DNA of 61,305 nucleotides, counting the filler. It is 12 parts of 12 records of this genome, joined end to end, with 100 filler letters (N's around TTAATTAATTAA, not from the genome) between each part and the next. Parts side by side here need not be neighbours in the genome. Positions count along the whole stretch, not along the records: positions 23,311 to 27,563 come from SRR15195285_8486; positions 27,664 to 31,927 come from SRR15195285_8497; positions 32,028 to 37,809 come from SRR15195285_8498; 9 more parts are not named here. One strand, given 5' to 3'. A program made the translations under genes and the position numbers. The notes under the pieces were generated by a model. It worked only from the letters and a program-made list of their open reading frames with translations. It was not told the DNA's origin and did no database searches. Positions 23,313 through 35,049 of this stretch are shown piece after piece; the first letter of the stretch is position 1, and the number at the start of each line of letters is the position of its first letter.

Positions 23313-24152
23313 CTTGCGGACGCTGGCTGCAACACGGCGGCAGTCAGCAACTGCAACGGGACAGCCGCCGACGTGGCCGAAGGTCGTGGCAACGCCGAAG
23401 CAGTGCAGTGGCTCCAGCTCTTCGCTAGGGCTGCAGCTCACCGGCATTGCGCACAAGAGTTGATGTCATCCGGCAGACTGTCAGAAGCACTCGCTGCCGC
23501 TAAAAAGGCCGTTCGTCTGCTTCCCAGGAGTACTACACTCGCACGTCTGAGTGACGAGGTTCAGAGCGCGGTGGCGAACGAGTTTGACGAGAGGGAACGA
23601 CAGGCGCGGGCTGCTGAGGCAGAGCTTATGGCAATTCTTGACGGTGAGTCGGCACCTACCGACCGCAGTGTGGGACAAGCACGCAAGACACAGCGCAAGA
23701 AGGAGAAACGACGGAGACAACAGCAGGCAAAACGAGAGGCGGCGGCTCGTCGTGCCCAAGTGGTGACTGAGGAACGTCCAGGGGAAGCGCCTGAGCCCGA
23801 GCCGGAGCCAGCACAAGAGCCAGAGCTGGACCACCAGCTGGTTCCGCTCAGCCCAGCCATTCAAACGCCAACGAGCCCGTGCGTAGATTCAGAATTAGAT
23901 GCAGCGCTGAAATCGACCCGAACGCCCCCCGACGAGTTCTGCTGCCCAATCACGAGCGAGTGCATGCGTGACCCAGTCATAGTGACGGCAACGGGCATGA
24001 CATACGAACGGGAGGCCATTGCCGAATGGTTTTCGGAACACAACACTGACCCGAGCACGGGTGTCGAGCTTGGCAAGAATAAGCAGCTCGTGCCGAACGT
24101 GATTACACGAAAGATGATCGATGCGTGGTCGCGCGGCTGTCTGGGTATCTAA
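23313..24152 (+). CDS. Ankyrin/TPR-like + U-box E3 ligase, 5' truncated
   Basis: LADAGCN...GTAADVAEGRGNAEAVQWL (ankyrin) and PDEFCCPIT..MRDPV...GMTYER.AI.EW...TDP.T...LVPN (U-box). Confidence 0.85.
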   Translation, partial: LADAGCNTAAVSNCNGTAADVAEGRGNAEAVQWLQLFARAAAHRHCAQELMSSGRLSEALAAAKKAVRLLPRSTTLARLSDEVQSAVANEFDERERQARAAEAELMAILDGESAPTDRSVGQARKTQRKKEKRRRQQQAKREAAARRAQVVTEERPGEAPEPEPEPAQEPELDHQLVPLSPAIQTPTSPCVDSELDAALKSTRTPPDEFCCPITSECMRDPVIVTATGMTYEREAIAEWFSEHNTDPSTGVELGKNKQLVPNVITRKMIDAWSRGCLGI

Positions 24153-24638
24153 AATCAATAGTCTGCAAAATGGATGTGTCATTAGAAAGCAGTCGCCTGA
24201 CACGGCGCGCACGAATTCAACGTATCAACGCTACAAACGCAAAGCGTTCGTGACGTTGCCTTGGCAGTGCATGTACTACCTTAAGGTACTATAGATAGTA
24301 CAGAGTTCTGAGTTGAGAGTAGGAATGTATTCACATTGTCCCACGCAAGCGCTCAGTCGTGAGTGGTGACCACAGTACGGTTAGGTGCAATTCGAACGCG
24401 TTAACCTGAGCTACCGGGACATGCCAGTGTTTTTTTCCCCCTGTAATAGCAGCACTACGCGACAGATACGCGTTGCCACTGTGTGGAATTGGGCCAACTG
24501 TGAATCTGCAACGATCGATGCTGCTTTCTTACTACACCACTCCATTATTTGCGCAGCCCAAGATACGCAGGTTTTGGCTATTGTGATAGCGCTAGCTCCA
24601 CGGTGCTAGCTTCCAGATCACGACCTGGCCAACGCTTC

Positions 24639-27563
24639 TCATTGCGCCGCAGCACGGGCCATCATGGGGCGCCCAATCGTATTGAAACTAGAGGCCAAGG
24701 CTTCCAGCTCTCTGCCAAGCTGCGTCAGACTGTCGGATTGCCACAGGCTCCCATCGAGCTCCGTAGGCTGGCCCACGCTTGTTGCTACCGTAACGGGCTG
24801 TATTTTTTCTTGAGCAAACATCGGCGAAGGCCCCAACGAGGCATTGAGGTAGTCACCAAGGGAGCTGTCGATGGCACCAAGCGCAAGCGAATCCTGCCGG
24901 GCGGCTAGTGCCAGTTCTGCGAGATGTCCACGCCATGATTCAAAGCATACCTTGAGTTGACGTCGGGTACAACAGTCGTCGGCAATGTCACGCAGCTGGC
25001 GGCGCTCGGCACGCTCCAGTGCGTGCCTTCTTAGCGCAAAGAAACACTGATCAAGGGCAGCGTTGATGCGCGTGGAGGCAAAGTCGATCGCACGAACCCA
25101 ACTCATTTCTGTGGCAACCTGTCTGGTGCAGAATTCTAGCCAGCGGCGGAAGCTAGCCGTGAGCATGACTGCCACCTTCCGGCCCAGCCAGAGCTTCAAG
25201 GCACCCCTCAGTTCTACCGTGTACGCAACGAAGTGGTGCCATATACTCAGGCAATAGGCTGCCTGGGCGCGATGGCGGCGCAAATGACTAGCCACAACGA
25301 CCTCGCGCGAACGACGAGAGTAGATGGCGTGATATCTCCACGCGGCCAGCAGCAATCCAAGGGTGCTCAAAACCCGTCGTTCTCTTGCAACTTGCAAACG
25401 CCACCGACGCTCAGCACAGCGTTGGCTCGCGCTGAACCACTGATGCAAAACAGTCCTGGCATGCCGAGCATTCGACTTTTGCAGCACCAGCTCACATCGG
25501 TGGATCAGCACCCATGCGCCCCAAGCACGTGCTGCGAGACGTGCACAAGTGGCCAAAGCTATGGTATCGGCTGCCCAGCGTCGGTGCCGATTTACGAGCA
25601 GTGCATCATGCCATACGGAGATATAATGACCTAACATAGCTGCAACCCGGTGGCCAACCCACACGCGCAACAGACCACGCAATGCTATAGAATGCGCTGT
25701 CCCTGCCCACCATCGCATGAACGTCATTCGAACTGCCCGCAGACGCAGCATATTCACGGCATTGGACAGAATGTGCCTTTCGTGTGTAGAACGGGCTGCC
25801 AGAGAAGCCCACGCAGCGAATGCAGAAGAGGCCATCCTGCCTCGCAGCCTGTGAATCGCCTTCGCCACTGCGCAGTTGTCGCCAGCTTGCTTACGCGTAA
25901 AGCAGCCCCACTGGTTGAAAATCGCTATGATTTCTCGCTGGTGCATGCGTTTCACTGCTGTTGCAATTGTTGCACGCTGCTGTGCTCGCACTGTGCAGAA
26001 CTCACGCCATTTGCCGAGCGCCATCCTCACCCGACGCTGCAGAATGCGGTTGACAGCACGATTCAATCGATCGAGCACAGACTGTTTTGAGTGACACCTC
26101 CAACGCAACCACCACTGGCGTTTCTGGATCTTTTGTGCCGCAGCACGGATGCGGTGGGCCTCAACAATGGTACTATGCCAATGATCAAATCGACCTGCCG
26201 TTGTACATGTCCGCCACCTCTGTGCAGCCGCCTTGATTTGCTCCCGACGATTCCGGGCTTTCTGTACGCGCTCGGTCCAGTGTCCCCACGCCGTCTGAAC
26301 TCCTTGTCTGCGTATTCTCGAAATGGTTGAGCTCTGTGCGTAGCGCTGCCTCCACATGAACATTTGCTGACGTTTGACTGTCTGTGCCCGATGGTCTTCA
26401 ATTCGAGCGCCAATCAGCCGTGTGCGTTCTCGACGCAAATTCCACTCGCGCCACGTTCGGAATGCTGAGTACAACATGTCGCCCAGCAACTGTCGCGCAA
26501 AGCTCTCGGCTTTCAAGCTAGCCCATTTACCAAAAGCAGCTTGCTCGATGGCGCATTCGGCCCATGCGCTGAATGACGCGGCAACAACACGGTTGTTGAT
26601 CCTGCTCAGGACTTTTTGCACAACCTTTTGGTGTCGCACAAAGACGCTGTTCGCGTCTTTCCACCCATCAAAGCATAGCGATACCGTACGGATGGACAGT
26701 CTCGCCATCACTCTAGACAAGATTCGAGTGTGCTTTGCTGATGTCGCGTTTTGTACCCAAGTACGAATTGCCATCCGCGCCATGTATAAACGATAAGTGC
26801 AGCACGCAACGAACAGCAAACTCCACCCCCTCATGAGGCCAGCCTTTGCTTTCTGCTCTCGGTCACGGGTGATTGCGTCCTGCAATGCAGAGAGTTCATT
26901 CCGATGTGCTACCCAGACATACCACGATTCAAAAATTTGCCGCGTGCGCCCATTGCGCCACTTCACTGCCAAGTCGTAGACGATCCCGTTCACTAGCAAC
27001 GTTCTCTGCGCAGTTGTACACCAGGCATTGAACGATGTAGCAAGCGCTAACTTCGAAATCCTGACCAGAACGGCTGACAGTTTGCTCTGGATCATAGCTT
27101 TCTCCGTAGCGTAGCATGACCATGTAGCGAATGCCCCAGCTACAGCTAGAGAACGCATGCGATTATGCACAGCTTGCAGCTTGACGCGATTCTCAACCCG
27201 TTCCTGTGCCGTTGCGACCCATCCGCTGAATGCAGATCTCAACCGGGATCCACCTAGTATTTCGATTGCTCGAAGCAACTGCTCCTGTTTGCTGGCTCTC
27301 TCAATAGTCAATTCTTGCCAGCTATGGAATGATGCACTCAGCGCACGGTTTCGAAATCGTTCAACGATACGTAGGAGCATTTCACGACGATCTCGAATGA
27401 TCGACACCGCATTTCTCCATTCCGATACAGCGAGCAGTACAGCACGCCCACGGAAACGCTGCAATATCGCTGCGACCTTCTCGCGATTGCTCTTCGCGCT
27501 GTCGACTGTACGAGCCCAGCTGTGCAACGCTGTGGCGAGCGCCCTGTTACGAAAGCGTTGCAA
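24639..27563 (-). CDS. Sfi1-like centrin-binding repeat protein, 5' truncated
   Basis: Dozens of approximately 33-aa helical repeats ending in (A/S)F..W (e.g. LSASFHSW, VAGAFATW, VAASFSAW). Confidence 0.75.
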   Translation of the reverse strand: MQRFRNRALATALHSWARTVDSAKSNREKVAAILQRFRGRAVLLAVSEWRNAVSIIRDRREMLLRIVERFRNRALSASFHSWQELTIERASKQEQLLRAIEILGGSRLRSAFSGWVATAQERVENRVKLQAVHNRMRSLAVAGAFATWSCYATEKAMIQSKLSAVLVRISKLALATSFNAWCTTAQRTLLVNGIVYDLAVKWRNGRTRQIFESWYVWVAHRNELSALQDAITRDREQKAKAGLMRGWSLLFVACCTYRLYMARMAIRTWVQNATSAKHTRILSRVMARLSIRTVSLCFDGWKDANSVFVRHQKVVQKVLSRINNRVVAASFSAWAECAIEQAAFGKWASLKAESFARQLLGDMLYSAFRTWREWNLRRERTRLIGARIEDHRAQTVKRQQMFMWRQRYAQSSTISRIRRQGVQTAWGHWTERVQKARNRREQIKAAAQRWRTCTTAGRFDHWHSTIVEAHRIRAAAQKIQKRQWWLRWRCHSKQSVLDRLNRAVNRILQRRVRMALGKWREFCTVRAQQRATIATAVKRMHQREIIAIFNQWGCFTRKQAGDNCAVAKAIHRLRGRMASSAFAAWASLAARSTHERHILSNAVNMLRLRAVRMTFMRWWAGTAHSIALRGLLRVWVGHRVAAMLGHYISVWHDALLVNRHRRWAADTIALATCARLAARAWGAWVLIHRCELVLQKSNARHARTVLHQWFSASQRCAERRWRLQVARERRVLSTLGLLLAAWRYHAIYSRRSREVVVASHLRRHRAQAAYCLSIWHHFVAYTVELRGALKLWLGRKVAVMLTASFRRWLEFCTRQVATEMSWVRAIDFASTRINAALDQCFFALRRHALERAERRQLRDIADDCCTRRQLKVCFESWRGHLAELALAARQDSLALGAIDSSLGDYLNASLGPSPMFAQEKIQPVTVATSVGQPTELDGSLWQSDSLTQLGRELEALASSFNTIGRPMMARAAAQ

Positions 27564-27664
27564 NNNNNNNNNNNNNNNNNNNNNNNNNNNNNNNNNNNNN
27601 NNNNNNNTTAATTAATTAANNNNNNNNNNNNNNNNNNNNNNNNNNNNNNNNNNNNNNNNNNNNC

Positions 27665-30600
27665 CCCCCCCCGCCGGTTCGCCCTTCGGTCGTCATGGAG
27701 GGCGCGAATAACTGCGAAGACGATCTTACACACAAGCTACTGGATATTGTCAAACAGAATGAGAGCCTCCGTAGACACCAGGAGAACGGCGCACCGGAGC
27801 ACGTCGTGGACCAGATCGCTCAGCTGTTGCAGTACCATATCAATTGCTATATCAACAACGAGATACCAGGGCAACCGCAGAATGTGCACAAAAGTGGTAG
27901 GCCGATTAAATCGATCGCGCAGCGACTGAAAGGCAAAGCCGGTCGGATCAGATGTAACTTGATGGGCAAGCGTGTGGATTTCTCCGCGCGCACAGTCATA
28001 GGCGGCGATCCAAACTTGTTCCTGGATCAAGTTGGGGTGCCGCGGTCAATTTGTAAGACCTTGACTTACCCTGAAATTGTTACTCGATTCAACAGGGACA
28101 GGCTGAAAAAGCTTGTAGAGAACGGCCCAGACGAGCATCCTGGCGCCAGGTTCGTGTACCGCGAAGATGGACAGCGGATTGATTTGCGTTGGATCAAAGA
28201 TAGGACCGAAGTTGCGCTGACTTTGGGCAGCAAGGTCGAGCGTCACGTACAAGACAACGATTTGGTCCTGTTCAACCGACAGCCGTCGCTTCACAAGGCT
28301 TCAATCATGGGCCACAGAGTAAAGATCCTGCCCTGGTCTACCTTCCGGCTTAATCTGTCGGCCACCCCACCGTACAATGCTGATTTCGACGGGGACGAAA
28401 TGAATCTGCATGTGCCTCAGAGCTGGGAGTGCAAAGCAGAAATTCAGGAACTGATGATGATCACAAGGCAAATTGTGTCACCGCAAGCCAATGGTCCTGT
28501 TCTTGGAATCGTGCAGGACAGCTGTCTAGCGTGCAAGCGAATGACGGAGCGGAATACTTTTTTGGATAAGGCCACAACCTTTCAGCTTCTCATGCGCATC
28601 CTCGATTGGGATGGTGTTGTACCTATACCAGCAATTCTCAAGGGCGCTAATGGTCGCGGGCCTCTGTGGACGGGCAAGCAGATTTTCCAAATCCTGATCC
28701 CAGACGTGTGCTCACTGAGAAGGACCAACATCCAGCACAACGATAAAGACAAAGCAGACGTGAAGGCGGGAATTATGACTCCGAGTGACTCGAAGTGTTT
28801 AATCCAGGATGGTGAGTTGCTGTCGGGGGTTGCCGACAAGAAGATTATGGGTGCCAAAAACGGAGGATTGATCCACATCATCTGGCACGAGCTGGGCCCT
28901 GAGGGTGCCAACAAGTTCATTACTGGAGCGCAGCGATTGGTGGACAACTGGTTAGTGAACGTCGGCTTCAGTATCGGAATTGGAGATACTGTTGCTGACG
29001 ATGCCACCAAAAGTGACATCGAGGAAACCATCAAAGAATCCAAGGGCAAAGTGACAAAGTTCGTGAAACAAGCCCAGCAGAATGAGCTCCAGGTGTTGCC
29101 CGGTATGACACTTCAGGGCACATTTGAGTCAAAGGTCAACGAGGCCTTGAATAGTTGCATCACGCAAGCAGGCAAAGCCGCACAGAACAGCCTTGACTAC
29201 TTGAACAACGTGCGGGCGATGGTAATGGCTGGATCCAAAGGGTCTTCTCTGAACATCTCTCAGATGATGGCTTGCGTTGGCCAGCAGAACGTCGAAGGCA
29301 AGAGAATCAAGTTCTCGTTCCGCGACAGGACTCTGCCCCATTTCAAAAAGTTCAACCTTGGTCCAGAATCTCGTGGATTTGTAGGCAACTCGTACCTGCG
29401 CGGCCTGACACCGCAAGAATTCTTCTTCCATTCCATGGGTGGTCGCGAAGGGATCATTGACACGGCTTGCAAGACTGCAGAGACCGGCTACATTCAACGA
29501 CGCCTGGTGAAGTCCATGGAGGACATCTGCATTCGCTATGACGGCACAGTTCGCAACCAGCTTGACCACGTGATCCAGTTCCTGTACGGAGAGGACGGTA
29601 TGGACGGCTCGCGCGTTGAGGACCAGAAGGTGGAGTCTGTAATTTGCAGCGACAAGGTATTCGAGCAGAAGTTCAAGCATGATCTCGAGAACGTAGATTA
29701 CGGTGTTAACTTCATGGACCCGGCAGTAATTGAACAGGTCCGCAACAGTGAGACAGAGCTGCAGGCAATAGCTCAAGAGTTTCAACAGATAAAGGATGAC
29801 CGCGAGGACATTCGCCGGTACATGCACGTGCTGCCGATGCCAAAAGACACTGCGCTCTCGGAAGAAGGAACGGATGTGGGCGTGTTCCCGGTTAATCTAG
29901 CACGGCTGGTTGCCAACGCGAAGAAAGTGATGGCCAAAAGCATCGTAGGCTCGGAGGTGATCTCAGATTTGTTTCCGTCCACTATCATCACCGAGCTTGC
30001 CGAGCTGGTGAATAGGCTGAAGCGGTTCCTCATCCATGGCGATGATCCATTGGCAGTCGAGGCACAGGACAACGCAATTCAATTCTTCTCTCGGCACCTC
30101 CGCTCGTATCTTTCTTCGAAGCGCGTCCTGTTTGTACACCGTCTCAACCTGGACGGCTTCAAGTTTTTGATCGGAGAGATCGAGGATCGTTTTTATCACG
30201 CTGTTGTAAATCCTGGAGAAATGGTGGGGTCCATTTGCGCGCAATCGATTGGGGAGCCGGCGACACAGATGACTCTCAACACATTCCACCACGCTGGTAA
30301 CTCAGCCAAAAATGTCACGCTTGGTGTGCCGCGACTCAAGGAGATCATCAACGTGGCCAAAACGCCGAAGACACCATCGATGACAGTATTCTTGGACAAA
30401 GAGTACGCAGGTGATCAGAGCCAGGCCCGAAAGATCCAACAGAAACTCGAGTATACAATTCTCGCGGACGTCGTAGACTCCATGACAATCCACTACGACC
30501 CTGTCATGCTCAAATCAGTCGTAGAGGAGGACCAGAATATCATTGACGATTACTACGGGCTTGAGGACGATGATGAGGAGGCGCTGCAGGCGCGGCTATC

Positions 30601-31927
30601 TCCGTGGCTGCTTCGTTTAGAGCTGAACTACGTGGCCATTCGCGAGAAGAGCCTGGAGGCTGAGCAGATCGTTACGCGCCTCACGAGCGATCAGGAAGGA
30701 GGGCTGAACCTGGACGAGCATTTGGAATGCATTGCCAGCCCAGCCAACCATTTGCATCCTGTCGTGCGCATTCGGCCAAAGCGCGTCGATGGTGACGATG
30801 AAGACAAAGATCAGGACATGCAAAAGTATCTGAAGAGCATCGGGGAGGTACTGTTGACAAAACTAGAGCTTGGCGGTATTGAAGGAATTCAAAAAGCCAC
30901 CATGGCAGACGAAAAACGCTTCGAGGAAGACGAGAACGGCGCACTGGACGACCGCGACAAGTTCCCGGAGGAATGGACGCTGATTACAGAGGGCAGCTCA
31001 TTGCTCTCTGTCATGAACGTCGAAGGTGTCGACTTTCGTCGCTGCAAGACAAACCATATCACAGAAATCTATGAGGTACTGGGAATCGAAGCTGCGCGCT
31101 GTGCACTGTTGCGCGAGCTTCGCCACGTTATCTCATTTGACAGCACTTCTGTCAACTATCGTCACCTGGCACTGATTTCAGACGTCATGACATACCGTGG
31201 TAACTTCATGGCAATTACACGCCATGGCATCAATCGCTCTGATGCCGGGTGCTTGATGCGGTGTTCCTTTGAGGAGACTGTAGAGATTTTGATGGACGCC
31301 AGCTGCTTTTCCACCACGGACCACCTGCGGGGAGTCAGTGAAAACGTAATGCTTGGGCAGCTTTGCCCGCTCGGGACGGGTACCTTCGATCTAGTACTGA
31401 ACGAGGATATGCTGAAGGACGCCATCCCCAACCCTGACGACGTGATCGACGAAGACGAGGATGAAGCCTTCGGGGAAGACAATGGGGCGAGTCCTTTTAG
31501 TGGTGCGCCTTTCTTTCACTGCCAACCGTTGTTTGAGTGTGTTGCACTGTTGCTGCGAGATTGCTGACTCCGCCTGTTGACGTTTCAGCAATGACACCGG
31601 CACAAGACTCGCCGTTCGCGACTGGTGCCTCGCCGTTCCCCGAATTCTCGCCAGTGGCAGACAATGCTGGCTTCTCGCCGGTTGCTGGTGGCTTCTCGCC
31701 AGTCGCCGATGATGCCATAGACCTAGGAGGCGGTGGCGGAGCGGATGGGTACTCACCTACGTCCCCCACCTACTCGTGAGTTCGCCCATCAGAAAATGGC
31801 TGCAGAAGCCGAGTGTAGCGCGACACGCGACATGCATGCTCTTACCGTCGGTTTGACACGTGTGCGTGCACTGCCGGTTGGCGAGCGCAGGCCGACGAGC
31901 CCGTCGTACTCACCGACAAGCCCGTCG
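27665..31927 (+). CDS. RPB1: RNA polymerase II largest subunit, truncated at both ends
   Basis: NLMGKRVDFSAR, NRQPSLH, PYNADFDGDEMN, bridge helix and trigger loop GEPATQMTLNTFH. Introns 31503-31588 and 31776-31890 lead into YSPTSPT/YSPTSPS heptads. Confidence 0.97.
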
Positions 31928-32276
31928 NNNNNNNNNNNNNNNNNNNNNNNNNNNNNNNNNNNNNNNNNNNNTTAATTAATTAANNNNNNNNNNNNNNNNN
32001 NNNNNNNNNNNNNNNNNNNNNNNNNNNTGAATAGGGCTGCGAGTACCATAGCAGCATGCACGCGCTATAGTAGCTACCTTGTAGTAGATTACGAGGTACT
32101 GTACTACTGTAGCTCCCCCGCCGTCACGGTGCACGCGATCGTACTATAGTACGTATCCGGCGTCCGTCCGTCGCGCGTGTGGACGAACTAGTAGTGCTAC
32201 TACAGAAGATCTAGGATCGCCTAGTAAAAGAAAGGCGCGAGCGTTGCAGATCGAGTCGGCCGCAGGGTGCGACGCG

Positions 32277-34980
32277 ATGGCAAGCTGGGAAAGCCTTCGC
32301 CAGTGGGACGCGCCGCCGCAGCGCCATTCACCGCCTGCACCTGTTGGCCACTGCCCACAGATGATCGGTCCGGCTCCCGCAGCCGCCGTCGCCGGCTCGT
32401 ACCTACAGCGAACTCCTGAGAAGAATTTCCACGCTTGCGGACCTGTTCTGTTGGTTTTCTCCAGATTGGGTTGTTTGCACTGTCTCCATTAACAACTGTT
32501 GCTGATCCGAACTCCGGATTCGTGGGAGCAGGTACGAGCTGACGGTCCGCAACGGCAGGGTTGTCACGGAGGACAGTGTCCAGCTGGCAGACTTGGGGGT
32601 CAATGGCGGCAAGATCGCAGCGATCGCCCCAGCTGGCAGCCTAGCGCCAGGAGCAACCGATGTCGATGCCACCGGCCTGGTGGTCACCCCTGGCGGCGTT
32701 GATAGCCATGCACACATCGAACAGCGGACCTCCAACGGCTTGACACCCGTTGGTGACTGGTACAGCGCGTCCGTCTCTGCGCTCTGTGGCGGTACGACAA
32801 CCGTCGTGCCGTTCGCCTGCCAGCATCGTGGAAGCCGCATCAGCCAAGTCATCGCGGACTACCGTGAACTTGCGAAAAAGTCTGCGTGTGACTACGCCTT
32901 CCACATCATCGTCACAGAGCCCGGCGAGGAGCTGGTTGCAAGCGACCTGCATGATGCCTTCACGTCCGGCTACTCTTCCGTTAAGGTGTACATGACCTAC
33001 GATTCGTTGAAATTAGAAGACGAAGAACTGTGCGCCGATTGTCTCGAGCACACCACGCGACTGACTGCCTCTACTGTGGTACTGATTGCTCGCACTGTGT
33101 CCCGTATTGACTACGCGTGCGATCGAATCTGTACAGGCTGACCATTTTAGAACTGTGTCGCACGGAGGGAGCTATGGTAATGGTGCACGCAGAGTCAGAC
33201 GGCATGATCAAGTGGATCACGTCAAGGCTGCTGGATGCGGAACTCCGCACGCCAAAATATCACGGTGTCGCACGTCACGCCCTGGCTGAGCGCGAGGCCA
33301 CACACCGTGCCATAACGTTTGCAGAGTTCGTAGGTGTGATCAAATGGCATACGTCCTGATTGTCTGGCCCAATGCGTTTCCCAGTGCATGAATCGATTCG
33401 ACCCCGCAGGGGCAGGGCAACACGTTTCGAATCCGTGTCCGTGGCGTATAAGTTTGCAGGCAAGAGTGACTCACCATATGTTCATTACACTGCATTGCTG
33501 CATGGCAGGTGCACCACTGCTGCTCGTCCATGTCTCTGGCCAGGAAGCTGCTGCCGAGATCGGGCGAGCACAGCTCGATCGTGGCCACTGTGTCTTCGGC
33601 GAGACGTGCCCGCAGTACCTGACACTCACTGCTGAAAAGCTAAAGGGTGGTGGCACTGCTGCAGATGCGTGTGGGATTGCCCAGGCGGGTGGTGTGTGCA
33701 GTTGCAGCTTCGGAGAGTGGGAAGGTGCCAAGTATCTATGCTCGCCACCGCTTCGCTCAGAGGATGACGTCGATGCGCTCTGGGAAGCACTACGCAGCGG
33801 GAAACTGCAGGTTGTCTCGTCTGACCACAGGTGAATCACATTTCACCACTACGATTCCACCATACTATTTCACATTGCGACTGAAACCTGTCTGACCACA
33901 GTGCCTACAACTTCACGATACCAGAGGACGCGGCAGATGTGAGGGCTTGTCATTCTCGTAATGTATTGCTGAAATCTGTTTGAAAGAGCTAAATGTGTCT
34001 GCTGTTGACTGTGCACACGCCCGTGTGGCAATGGATCTGCTCGCATAATTATGCTCTGCCACGGATATTACGCTGGCTGTACAATGGTACTCCTAGGATT
34101 CTACTTACAAATTAATGCCAACAAAAGGTAAAGCGCCACGTGGCCATAACAGTCACAGTTGACTTTCGTGCTTACCAGCTGCATGCCTGGCGGTTGAAAT
34201 CGGACAGGTGGCGATGATCTGTCTAAGCTGTCCTTCACAACTGTCCCAATGGGCCTTCCGGGATTGGAAACGAGATTACCGCTCGTGTACTCTGCAGGCG
34301 TACAAGCTGGACGGATTGACCTAAAAACGTACGTCGTTCTTTTGCGTTTGCATTGTGAAATGTGTGGGTTGATGGTCGTGGTGTGGTGTGGTACCACTAT
34401 CTTGGCTATCTTGTAGGTTTGCGGCAGTGTGTGCGACCAATCCAGCGAAACTCTATGGCCTCTATCCAAGAAAAGGTGTCATTGCGCTGTCGAGCGATGC
34501 GGACTTTGCAATCTGGGATCCGGTTGCCTCGTCAATCATTACACATGATGCCCTTCACGACTCGCTGGTACGTGAGCGCTAGTAGTACGTGGTGTAGGCA
34601 GCGCGGTTTAGCATCCCACGTTTGCATCGATGTGCTGGATCGATCCAGCCATTTTGGGTACCACCCCAGGTAGCATATCCTAATGGTCATCCGAGCTGCT
34701 TCTACAGCGCAAGCACACGACAATGCGGATTTACTGCGCGTTCTTGCGTCATCAGGACTATACACCGTACGAGGGCCTCGCGCTAGACGGTGGCTTGAGC
34801 ATGACGATCCTGCGTGGGAACATCGTCTACCGCAGCGATGGTGATGTCGTTACGTGTCATGAAGGGCAGGGCGAATGGATCCCGACAGGTCGACCAGATT
34901 TGCTTGGTTGGGAGAGCACTGGGAGCTTTCCATTCCCAAACTCTGAAGATAGCGTGCTGTCCAAGGCAGCTAGACTCTAG
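32277..34980 (+). CDS. Dihydropyrimidinase / D-hydantoinase, multi-exon (about 9 exons)
   Basis: [82 protein letters not shown]. Introns include 32399-32531, 33334-33508 and 33831-33901. Confidence 0.9.
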
Positions 34981-35049
34981 ACGGTGAGGACGTTCATTGA
35001 ATGATTGTGCGTTCGAAGTATTGTTGCGACGAACAATGATAGATCAGTC

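Noticed and set aside
31503-31567. RPB1 lacking a CTD (ORF track stops at 31567)
   Set aside because: The stop lies inside intron 31503-31588; downstream exons encode heptads.
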